Shown piece by piece: positions 27,095 through 35,226 of a stretch of 64,000 nucleotides of DNA; positions within the stretch are counted from its first letter, which is position 1, and each line of letters opens with the position of its first letter. A model generated the notes under the pieces. The model ran no database searches. It had not been told where the DNA came from and saw nothing but the letters and a program-made list of their open reading frames with translations. Source of the DNA: a bacterium (GTDB taxonomy: Bacteria; Patescibacteriota; Minisyncoccia; 2-02-FULL-40-12; IGHO2-12-FULL-4); contig JAUSIQ010000004.1 in NCBI GenBank assembly GCA_030647955.1, forward strand, positions 36,533 to 100,532, read 5' to 3'. Both the position numbers and the translations under genes were made by a program.

Positions 27095-28177
27095 ATGGAC
27101 TTGTCGAGTAAAAAGAAAATTATCTTTTTTAATTTGCTGACCTTTGCGGGAGTTTTTGTGGTGCTGATTGGATTTTTTGAAATTGGTTTGCGGTTGGTCG
27201 GACGGACGAGTGATAATTTCCTAAAGCAGGATGCGGTGTTGGGATGGACGCATGTGCCGAATAAGAAAGGATGGTCGGTGACTAGAGAGTATCGGGTGCC
27301 GGTGCAATTAAATAATTTTGGTCTAGTAGGGCCGGATACTAGCTTAGAAAAACCAGCCGAGACCTTTCGCGTTGCTTTTGTAGGAGACTCTTTCACCGAA
27401 GCTTTTCAGGTAGAGACTGAGGCAGCCTTTCCGCGCGTAATCGAAAAACGGGTAAATGATTTGGGTAAAAAAGTTGAGACTCTGAATTTTGGAGTGACGA
27501 GCTATGGGACAGTCAAGGAGGACTGGGTAATTAAAAATAGTGCCCTGAGATTCAATCCTGATTTGATAGTGTTGGGATATTTTGTCGGGAATGATTTTGC
27601 GGATAACTTAGCCGGAGACATTAATCCGACCGCACAGTTCAGCTCGAGGAAAAAGTTTACTAATAGCGTAAAGCTATGGTTCAGAAATCACTCCGTGGCT
27701 TATCGCTGGTTTTTAGAAAAAAAATCTCGCAACGCCTTCCTGAGCGATCCTGCTCCCGTTTTTGTTCCGGCTATTTATGGTCCTAATTCCATTTTTGGAT
27801 CAAAATATTCTTCCGCTGCGGAGGAAGGGATGGCTAAAACGAAAACTTATTTAAAAAATATCAGCGATATTCTAAGAGAGCAGGATATTAATTTTTTAGT
27901 TTTAATTTTGCCGGCCAAGGAACAGGTGCATGAAAGGTTACGTTCTTCGGAGGATAGCAATCTCGACTGGGAAAAGCCGAATAGAATGTTAAAAGAATTT
28001 TTTGAACAAGAGAAAATCGCTTATCTTGACACATTGCCAACTTTTCAATCTTGGGCTAAGATCAATCCAGAAGGTTTGGCTTTCTTTAAATTTGATGGCC
28101 ATCCTAATGAAACCGGTCATTTTCTTATTGCGAAAGGCATTTTAAATTATCTAGATCAATATTTTTATGGAAAGTAA
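27095..28177 (+). CDS. Membrane-anchored SGNH/GDSL hydrolase-fold protein
   Basis: N-terminal TM helix. Block I VAFVGDSFTE. Block III GYFVGNDFADN (GxND). Block V FDGHPN. Confidence 0.6.
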   Translation: MDLSSKKKIIFFNLLTFAGVFVVLIGFFEIGLRLVGRTSDNFLKQDAVLGWTHVPNKKGWSVTREYRVPVQLNNFGLVGPDTSLEKPAETFRVAFVGDSFTEAFQVETEAAFPRVIEKRVNDLGKKVETLNFGVTSYGTVKEDWVIKNSALRFNPDLIVLGYFVGNDFADNLAGDINPTAQFSSRKKFTNSVKLWFRNHSVAYRWFLEKKSRNAFLSDPAPVFVPAIYGPNSIFGSKYSSAAEEGMAKTKTYLKNISDILREQDINFLVLILPAKEQVHERLRSSEDSNLDWEKPNRMLKEFFEQEKIAYLDTLPTFQSWAKINPEGLAFFKFDGHPNETGHFLIAKGILNYLDQYFYGK

Positions 28178-28208
28178 GTCATCTATTTTCAAAGAGCTGT
28201 GGTTATAT

Positions 28209-28328
28209 ATGAAACTACGAAAACGCTGGTGGATTGCTCCCATCATCGTTTTTCTGGTGTTGCTTGGTTTCTTGGTCGTCTTCGCTGAAACCTCTGTTTT
28301 CGCGCCGATTATTTACACTTTGTTCTAA
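28209..28328 (+). CDS. DUF5989-like 39-aa membrane protein; below the 60-aa cutoff of the supplied ORF track
   Basis: MKLRKRWWIAPIIVFLVLLGFLVVFAETSVFAPIIYTLF. The KKWW...APxIYTLF pattern matches small proteins that, to my recollection, accompany SxtJ and carbamoyltransferase genes. Confidence 0.45.
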   Translation: MKLRKRWWIAPIIVFLVLLGFLVVFAETSVFAPIIYTLF

Positions 28329-28329
28329 C

Positions 28330-29658
28330 TTGGATATCAAGTCTAAAATCGCGTATTACCGTCAGCATGCCTTTGTAAAAAATGTGTTGCTACTGCAAAG
28401 CGGCAGTTTTGCCGGCAATATTATTCAGGCTCTCGTCGGGGTGTTTATGGCGCGGCTTTTACAGCCGGAACTTTTTGGTGTTTATGCCTTAGCTTTTAGT
28501 CTGGCCGGTTTGATAGGACTCTTTCAGGGGGTGGGGGCACAGGAAGCGATGGCCACGGTGCTGGGAGAAACCTATGCCCGCAAAGATACGGAGCGTACCA
28601 AAGAAGCTCTCGCCTTTCTTTTAAAAATTATTTCCATCACCAGTGCCATCGCGGTGGCCGGCGCATTAATGGCTCCATGGATTGCCGGGAAACTTTATCA
28701 AAATCCGCACATCGGTTCGTACTCCGCTATTATTATTGTGGCGGTAGTTTTCTCCACTACTTTCTTCTCTTTATCTTCCTTGGTTTTACAGGTGGCCGGT
28801 CGCATCAAAGCGATGATGGTTTTGAGCCTTACGGATCAGATGGTGCGCTATGGCTTGTCAGTTGGTTTCGTTTTTCTGGGGCTGGGAATCTGGGGAGCAG
28901 TCAGCGGCCATTTAGCCGGAGCGATCATTGTTTTCATTATCTCGCTTGTCATTTGGGAGCGATTGCGAAGGCAATATCCCATCTTTCCGTCACTACGTAA
29001 ATTATTCAAACAGGCTAAAACCGTTTCGCTAAAAAAATATTTAGGCTTCAGTTTGTGGATCGCCGTGGATCGCAACGTAGCCAGCTTATATGGAATTCTG
29101 CCCGTGGTTTTAACCGGAATTTATGTTAGCTCCACGGAGGTCACCTTTTTTAAATTGGCTTTAGCCTTTGTGAACTTAGCCCTGAGTTTACTCGGTCCGG
29201 TCTCCACTTTGTTGAATGTTGAATTCCCAAAAATGAAAGTGGAAGAGGCGAGTCAGCTGGGCAAAAACTTTGTGCGAGTTTCGGTGTACTCTTTGGTTTT
29301 GTCGATGATTTTAACCGGTGCGGCTTTATTGTTTGCTCCGTTGGCTTTCCGATTTTTCTACGGCGAGAGCTTTATGATGAGCATAAAGTATGTTTATGGA
29401 TTGTTTCTTTACGGGGCGTTATTCGGAGTGGGGGTAGGCTTGGGTCCGATGTGGCGAGCGGTGAATAAAGTAAAAACTTCCATTTTGATCAATTCTATTA
29501 CTTTAGGAGCAGGGATTCCACTGGGACTTTGGCTGATCAAAAACCATGGCTTATGGGGAGCGGTCATTATGGTTACAGTGTGGTATTCTGTCTCCCATTT
29601 TGTTTCTTTCTTTTATCTCGCCAGGCTCCTCAATTCTCGCCAAAGACATGCCTATTAA
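28330..29658 (+). CDS. Wzx-like polysaccharide flippase (MOP superfamily)
   Basis: About 12 TM helices. Wzx-like N-terminus KNVLLLQSGSFAGNIIQALVGVFMARLLQPELFG. TTG start at 28330 is proposed, 1 nt after the small ORF stop. The track ATG at 28234 overlaps that ORF. Confidence 0.6.
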   Translation: MDIKSKIAYYRQHAFVKNVLLLQSGSFAGNIIQALVGVFMARLLQPELFGVYALAFSLAGLIGLFQGVGAQEAMATVLGETYARKDTERTKEALAFLLKIISITSAIAVAGALMAPWIAGKLYQNPHIGSYSAIIIVAVVFSTTFFSLSSLVLQVAGRIKAMMVLSLTDQMVRYGLSVGFVFLGLGIWGAVSGHLAGAIIVFIISLVIWERLRRQYPIFPSLRKLFKQAKTVSLKKYLGFSLWIAVDRNVASLYGILPVVLTGIYVSSTEVTFFKLALAFVNLALSLLGPVSTLLNVEFPKMKVEEASQLGKNFVRVSVYSLVLSMILTGAALLFAPLAFRFFYGESFMMSIKYVYGLFLYGALFGVGVGLGPMWRAVNKVKTSILINSITLGAGIPLGLWLIKNHGLWGAVIMVTVWYSVSHFVSFFYLARLLNSRQRHAY

Positions 29659-30772
29659 ATTCAATAAAAATTTCTTCATAGTGGCGGGAGCGATGGCCGT
29701 GATGCTAGTTTATTTTTTACTGGCCAACCCGGTTTTAAATGACGATGGCTTCCATTACGAAGGTTTTGCGGAATCGGCGGCACAGGGCAAAATCGATTTT
29801 AAAAATTTCTATGGTTTTCAAGGGCTCTCTTTTCTGGCCGTGCCGATTTTTTGGATAACGCATTCTTCGATCTCTATTATCATCACCTCCATAATTTTGT
29901 ATCTACTTTCTCTACCCTTGGCTTATATAATAGGAAGGGAATATTACAAGGATGATCGAGCGGGCATAATTTTTATGAGTCTCATTTTATTGATGCCCTA
30001 TGTTTACACGACCATGATGCGTGGTTTTCAGGAGGCCGCTTTGCTATTTTTCATTCTATTAATCCTTTACGGCAGTATTAAAAAAAAGGCATGGACTCCT
30101 TTGGCTTGGGCGGTGGGAGGGATCGTGAAACCTTTTGCCTTGGTATTGCTTCCGCTGTGGGGGAAAGATTTTCTTAACAAAAAGAAATTAATTTGGGTGG
30201 CGATAGCCGGCATCGTCGGCTTGCTTTATCTCGGGACCAGTTACGTTCAAACTGGACACGTGGTGAATAACGCGGCCATCAATTCTTACGCAGGGAATTT
30301 CGATACGGGTAACCCGCCACCTTTGGAAGAAAGCTTTACGGTGGGTATAAAAGGATTTGGCAGGGTGGTGGCTAATCTTTTGCTCTCTTCTAGGAAAATT
30401 CTCCTTTCACCGCTTGTGATTCTCTTGGGAGGCTTGGCTCTATTAAAATTTAAAACCCTGCGATTGCGCAAGGAAATTATCTTAGTAATTATTTTAAATA
30501 TTCTTTTGGTAGGAAGTTTAACTTTCTCTTTTTCGAAGTATCTTTTGCCGATGGTAGTTTTGCTGGCCTTAGCGTCGGTGTCACTATTGAGAGTAAGTTG
30601 GCTGGTGCAGCTTCCGGTGCTGATTGATTCTTGGTTCGTGTTTAAGCCGATCTACGCTTACTTTGGAAATAATTTTTGGACAAATTTTCCCCTCTATCTT
30701 ATCCCTTTTGGTTTGGTGATAGCTTTGCTGGTAATTAACCAACTCTCTACCAGGGAAGAAGTTTCGGTCTAA
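29648..30772 (+). CDS. Polytopic membrane protein, putative GT-C-fold glycosyltransferase (ArnT/PMT-like) or polymerase
   Basis: Ten or more TM helices. Start at internal ATG 29648 overlaps the flippase stop by 11 nt. Paired with the downstream polyprenyl-P glycosyltransferase gene. Confidence 0.4.
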   Translation: MPIKFNKNFFIVAGAMAVMLVYFLLANPVLNDDGFHYEGFAESAAQGKIDFKNFYGFQGLSFLAVPIFWITHSSISIIITSIILYLLSLPLAYIIGREYYKDDRAGIIFMSLILLMPYVYTTMMRGFQEAALLFFILLILYGSIKKKAWTPLAWAVGGIVKPFALVLLPLWGKDFLNKKKLIWVAIAGIVGLLYLGTSYVQTGHVVNNAAINSYAGNFDTGNPPPLEESFTVGIKGFGRVVANLLLSSRKILLSPLVILLGGLALLKFKTLRLRKEIILVIILNILLVGSLTFSFSKYLLPMVVLLALASVSLLRVSWLVQLPVLIDSWFVFKPIYAYFGNNFWTNFPLYLIPFGLVIALLVINQLSTREEVSV

Positions 30773-30834
30773 ACCCATGGTCCAAACAAAAACCCCGACT
30801 TGTGATTTGCCTACTTTTTTGCTAATTTGTAAAG

Positions 30835-31593
30835 GTGGATGAACAAGATTTTTCCAAGGTTGCGATCAAGCTGATTCCGACCTATAACGAGAAAGAAAAT
30901 ATCGCCTCCCTAACGCAGGCGGTTTTTAATTTGTATCCGCACACTTCGATGATGGTCTTGGATGACAACTCTCCGGATGGTACGGCCCAGGCAGTGCGCA
31001 ATCTCCAAGTGCTTTTTCCGAATTTATATTTAAATCAAAGAACTAGCGATCGCGGCTTCGGCAAATCTTATTTAGAAGGTTTTAAAAAAGTATTGGCCGA
31101 CGATCGTTATAAAGCCATCGTAATGATGGATGCGGATTTTTCTCATGATCCGAAAGTGATTGGTAGTATGCTAGAGAAATTAAAAGATTACGAAGTGGTT
31201 AATGGTTCACGCTATATTTCGGGTGGAAAAATTGAAAACTGGAAGTGGCATCGACGGCTCTTAAGTAATTTTGCCAATTTTTATGTACGCACAATTTTAC
31301 GTGTTCCTTTGCAGGACATGACGACTGGCTTTGTTTGTTTGCGCAAAGATGCTTTACAGCGAGTGGATTTAAATACTATTTATTCAGATGGTTATGCTTT
31401 TTTGGTGGAGTTGAAGTATAAATTACTCCAAACCGGCAGTCGTTTTTATGAGTTTCCGATTGTTTATACAGAGCGTCGCGAGGGTGGCTCAAAGATGTCT
31501 TCGCGGGTGATTTGGGAGTCGATCTGGCTTCCCTGGAAATTATGTTTTAAAACCTCCCCGCTAAAAAAGCAGGTATCTAGTAGAAGTACTTAG
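30835..31593 (+). CDS. GT2 polyprenyl-phosphate glycosyltransferase (DPM1/GtrB/ArnC-like)
   Basis: VLDDNSPDGT and DADFSHDP (DxD) motifs. 252 aa. GTG start. Confidence 0.75.
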   Translation: MDEQDFSKVAIKLIPTYNEKENIASLTQAVFNLYPHTSMMVLDDNSPDGTAQAVRNLQVLFPNLYLNQRTSDRGFGKSYLEGFKKVLADDRYKAIVMMDADFSHDPKVIGSMLEKLKDYEVVNGSRYISGGKIENWKWHRRLLSNFANFYVRTILRVPLQDMTTGFVCLRKDALQRVDLNTIYSDGYAFLVELKYKLLQTGSRFYEFPIVYTERREGGSKMSSRVIWESIWLPWKLCFKTSPLKKQVSSRST

Positions 31594-31605
31594 TAAATAC
31601 TACTT

Positions 31606-31776
31606 TCGAAGGCGTATGAGGTCTGTGGATTGCTTAGCGACTTGTTTTTATAGTCCATTCGTTTCGAATAAGATATAAAAATGAGGAGTTGGTCGGAAAA
31701 GTCTGCTTTTCGGAATCCACAGACCGAACCGAGTGAGTTTTTCTCGCTGGAAGAAAAACGAGCATCCGGAGAAAGT
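31606..31776 (+). ncRNA. Structured RNA element, copy 1 of a two-copy family (second copy 62468-62640)
   Basis: About 85% identity to copy 2 in conserved blocks (CUGUGGAUUGCU, UCCRUUCGUUUCGRAUAAGAU, CUUUUCGRAAUCCAYAGACCG, CUCGCYGGAAG, CGAGCRUCCGGAGAAAG). Three helices show compensatory changes. G-U and U-G pairs occur only in the + strand reading. Confidence 0.55.
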
Positions 31777-31820
31777 AGTGTTTACTAAGCTGGGTTTGGC
31801 CAGTTGTGAATTCATAAAAT

Positions 31821-34094
31821 TTGTGGTATTTTTCGTCTATGCAAGACTCGAAGTTAGCTTCCGTTCTCAAATATGGGCTTTATGCTGTAGCGCTGATGCC
31901 CCTCATTATTTTTAAGGAATATCTCTCCCCATTTCATTTCGGAAAGGTGGTTATTTTTAGAGCCTGGATAGAGATTCTGGCTGTTTTTTATCTCTTTTTG
32001 ATTTTCAAGGATCGCAGCTATCTCCCCAAGACTAATCCCATTTTTTGGGCGGTAACCATTTTTACCGCCATTTTTGGTCTCACCACTTTAACGGGGGCTG
32101 ATATTTACCAGAGTTTTTGGGGCACGTTAGAAAGAATGGGTGGATGGTTTACCTATTTCCATTTCTGGATGTTTTTTGTCATGGCGGTGGGGGTTTTAAA
32201 GAAGCAGGAAGATTGGATTACTTTTTTAAAAATTTCGGTAGTGACCAGTTTTATCTCCACTCTTTACGGTTTCTTACAGAAGACCGACATTGAAGCGGTG
32301 GTCGGGTCGGGAGGACGCTCTAGAATTTTCGGAACGATTGGTAACCCGGCTCTATTTGCAGGGTATGAACTGCTCAATGTTTTCTTTGCTCTACTGTTGG
32401 CATTTTGGAAAAAGATTTCCAAGAATGGGAGAGCTTTCTATGCTGTGATTATGCTGGTTAATCTGATAGCCATCTTCTCTACGGCAGTAAGAGGTTCTTT
32501 GTTGGCGGCTGTAGTCGCCTTAGGACTGTTTTCTTTTTTCTATACTTATTTGGGCGGAGCACAGAAGTGGCGTCGTTTAATGATCGGTGGAGTGGCCTTG
32601 CTGATTATTTTGGAGGGTATTCTAATTCTGAACCACAATGCTTCATTTGTTCAAAATAGTCCCTACCTGTCCCGTTTGTCGGACGCATCTTTAAGTACCA
32701 GAACGGTTAATACGCGTTTTTGGGCATGGGAGTCTGGCATCGACGGATGGAACGACAGTCTAAAAACTATCGTAGTAGGCTGGGGACCGGAGAACTTTAA
32801 TCTACCCTTCTCCAAGCACTTTAATCCGAAGTTTTATCTTGGTCCGGGATCCGAAACTCTTTTCGATCGGGGACACAATATGTTTGTGGAAGTCTTGGTG
32901 ACCATGGGATTAATTGGCTTCCTATCTTATCTGTGGGTGTTTGGAGTTTTATCTGTAGGATTAAGAAAAGTTTTTAAACATGCCAAATCAAGTGATGAAA
33001 AGGTAGCCGCGGCTAGTCTCTCTGCCGGCTTGGCGGCCTATATCATCCATAATGCATTTATCTTCGATACTTCCGCCAATCTCATGATGTTTTTCTTGGC
33101 AGCGGGGTTTATTTATAGCCTGGTACAGAGCTTGGTTCCTGCGGAGGAGACGACGGTTAAAGCTAAAAGAGTGCCATGGCGTGTTACGGCTTTTCCGGCG
33201 ATGCTGACCATTGTGGTTGCTTCTATTTTGGTCATATTCTCTATTCATCAAACTAGTATTAAGCCCGCATTAGCGAACTATGCTTCTACTCGTGGGATCG
33301 TGGCTTCTTGGGGCGGCAAAAATAACGAGGCGGTTAATAAATTCGAGGAGGCCTTGGCTTACAATACTTTTGGTGAGTATGAAATTAGACATCGCTATAC
33401 CCAATTTGTTTTAGAAAATATTTCGAAATTTCCTGCGGAGGAAAGAGCGGATTTACTCTTGGGAGTTATTGATCACGCTAAGAAAAATATCCATGCCGGT
33501 GATAAAGATTATTTACCATATCTTTACATTAGCCGTTCCTACATTCTTTTGGGACGAGGTGATCCCAAGTCTCCTTATAACGATTTGGCCCTGGATAATA
33601 GTCTACACGCTTTGAGTATTGCCCCGGATTTTATCCGTACTTATTTCGAAGTCGGCCAAGCTTATCTAAATAAAAAAGAATTTGCCAAGGCTGGAGAATA
33701 TTTTGAGAAAGCCGCTAAGCTCAACCCGGATGTGGGCATCTCCTATTGGTATTGGGCGGCGACCGTGTTTGATACGGGTGATTTAGACAGAGCTTTGGAA
33801 TTAGTAGATTTGGCTGAAGAGAAGGGCTATGTCTTAACGGACGCGGATTATTTGCGAATACTGGCAGTTTACTCCCAAAAAAATAATTATAAAAGGGTGG
33901 CGGAAATTTACGAAGTGATTGTGATTGAAAGAGGATCGAATATTGCTCAATACAGTGCTTCTTTGGCGGCGACATATCAAAAGATTGGCAATATAGATGG
34001 AGCGGAAAAAATGGCTCGTCGCGCCGCGGAGCTTGATCCAAGCTTTGAATCCGAGGCAAAAAGTTTTATTGAGAGCCTGGGAAGAAAATACTAA
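31821..34094 (+). CDS. O-antigen ligase/polymerase-like (Wzy_C) membrane domain fused to C-terminal TPR repeats
   Basis: Multi-TM N-terminus with RGHNMFVEVLVTMGLIGF (Wzy_C motif). C-terminal TPR-like repeats (AYLNKKEFAKAGEYFEKAAKLNPD). The likely start is ATG 31839. The track uses TTG 31821. Confidence 0.7.
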   Translation: MWYFSSMQDSKLASVLKYGLYAVALMPLIIFKEYLSPFHFGKVVIFRAWIEILAVFYLFLIFKDRSYLPKTNPIFWAVTIFTAIFGLTTLTGADIYQSFWGTLERMGGWFTYFHFWMFFVMAVGVLKKQEDWITFLKISVVTSFISTLYGFLQKTDIEAVVGSGGRSRIFGTIGNPALFAGYELLNVFFALLLAFWKKISKNGRAFYAVIMLVNLIAIFSTAVRGSLLAAVVALGLFSFFYTYLGGAQKWRRLMIGGVALLIILEGILILNHNASFVQNSPYLSRLSDASLSTRTVNTRFWAWESGIDGWNDSLKTIVVGWGPENFNLPFSKHFNPKFYLGPGSETLFDRGHNMFVEVLVTMGLIGFLSYLWVFGVLSVGLRKVFKHAKSSDEKVAAASLSAGLAAYIIHNAFIFDTSANLMMFFLAAGFIYSLVQSLVPAEETTVKAKRVPWRVTAFPAMLTIVVASILVIFSIHQTSIKPALANYASTRGIVASWGGKNNEAVNKFEEALAYNTFGEYEIRHRYTQFVLENISKFPAEERADLLLGVIDHAKKNIHAGDKDYLPYLYISRSYILLGRGDPKSPYNDLALDNSLHALSIAPDFIRTYFEVGQAYLNKKEFAKAGEYFEKAAKLNPDVGISYWYWAATVFDTGDLDRALELVDLAEEKGYVLTDADYLRILAVYSQKNNYKRVAEIYEVIVIERGSNIAQYSASLAATYQKIGNIDGAEKMARRAAELDPSFESEAKSFIESLGRKY

Positions 34095-34108
34095 CCACGC
34101 TCCTATTA

Positions 34109-34141
34109 AAAAATCCGCACAAGGGGGCGGATTCATTTTTT
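34109..34141. terminator. Bidirectional rho-independent terminator between convergent genes
   Basis: AATCCGCacaagggGGCGGATT flanked by A-run and T-run. Confidence 0.7.
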
Positions 34142-35206
34142 AGCTTGGACTAGCTTTAAATCATACTCTACCATCATTTTGACCAAATCAGAGAAACAAA
34201 CTTTTGGTTTCCATCCGAGTGTTATTCTGGCTTTGCGGCTATCGCCTAGAAGATAATTTACCTCCGAGGGACGATAGTACTCGGGATTCACTCTTACTAT
34301 TACTTTGCCCGAACATCTTCCGACGCAATCTAGGCCCTCTCCTTCCCATTCTATCCTCATGTTTAAGTAATAAGCCGCCCCGTCAAGGAAATCGCGTACC
34401 GAATAGCTTTCTCCGGTGGCGATCACAAAGTCACCAGCCTTTGGTTGCTGAAGCATGAGCCACATGGCCTCTACATAGTCTCCGGCAAAGCCCCAATCCC
34501 TTTTGGCGTCCAAGTTTCCCAGTTCTAGGCAGGACTGCAATCCCAACTTTATCTTAGCTAATGAGTAAGTGATCTTTCTGGTTACGAAATGTTTGCCCCG
34601 TCGAGGCGATTCGTGATTAAAGAGAATTCCCGAACAGATGAAAAGATTGTGTCTCTCGCGATAGCCCATGACATAATTTTGATGGGCCTTTAGCTTTGCT
34701 TTCGCGTAAGGACTAACTGGAGCGAAGGGTGAATCTTCGTTCTGGGGCGGAGGAGTGCTTCCGAACATCTCACTGGTCGAGGCCTGGTAAATCCTTACGT
34801 CAGGATTAATTTCTGTGGCGGCGATCACCAGCCGACCAAGTCCGTGATAGTTGATCTCCCAGGTTTCTTCCGGACAGCGAAAAGAGATACCGACGTCGGA
34901 TTGAGCGGCCAGATTATAAATTTCATCGGGTTGGGCCGCCGTTAGCGCTCTTTCGATAGCCGCTATGTCCCGCAAGTCCCCATTGATCAGCTTAATTCTT
35001 TTGGCTAAAACGAGATCCTCGATTCTAAGCATCGGGTCAGTGCTGGATCGTCTCAAGAGGCCGTAAACTTCATATCCTTTAGTCAATAAAAACTCAGCTA
35101 GATAAGATCCGTCTTGGCCGGTAATGCCTGTAATTAGTGCTCTTTTAGCCATAATTTTCCTCAAATTATTAAAAAACTTCTCAGAGTATAAAGTAAAATA
35201 TCCCAT
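34133..35206 (-). CDS. gmd: GDP-mannose 4,6-dehydratase
   Basis: KRALITGITGQDGSYLAEFLLTKGYEVYG is the canonical GMD N-terminus. 357 aa. Confidence 0.9.
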   Translation of the reverse strand: MGYFTLYSEKFFNNLRKIMAKRALITGITGQDGSYLAEFLLTKGYEVYGLLRRSSTDPMLRIEDLVLAKRIKLINGDLRDIAAIERALTAAQPDEIYNLAAQSDVGISFRCPEETWEINYHGLGRLVIAATEINPDVRIYQASTSEMFGSTPPPQNEDSPFAPVSPYAKAKLKAHQNYVMGYRERHNLFICSGILFNHESPRRGKHFVTRKITYSLAKIKLGLQSCLELGNLDAKRDWGFAGDYVEAMWLMLQQPKAGDFVIATGESYSVRDFLDGAAYYLNMRIEWEGEGLDCVGRCSGKVIVRVNPEYYRPSEVNYLLGDSRKARITLGWKPKVCFSDLVKMMVEYDLKLVQAKK

Positions 35207-35226
35207 TGGTCAATTTTAAAACCCGC

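Noticed and set aside
28234-28329. ATG 28234 as the start of the flippase gene
   Set aside because: It would overlap, in another frame, a well-formed 39-aa DUF5989-like micro-gene. The Wzx-like N-terminus begins right after TTG 28330. I therefore use the TTG start, with moderate confidence.
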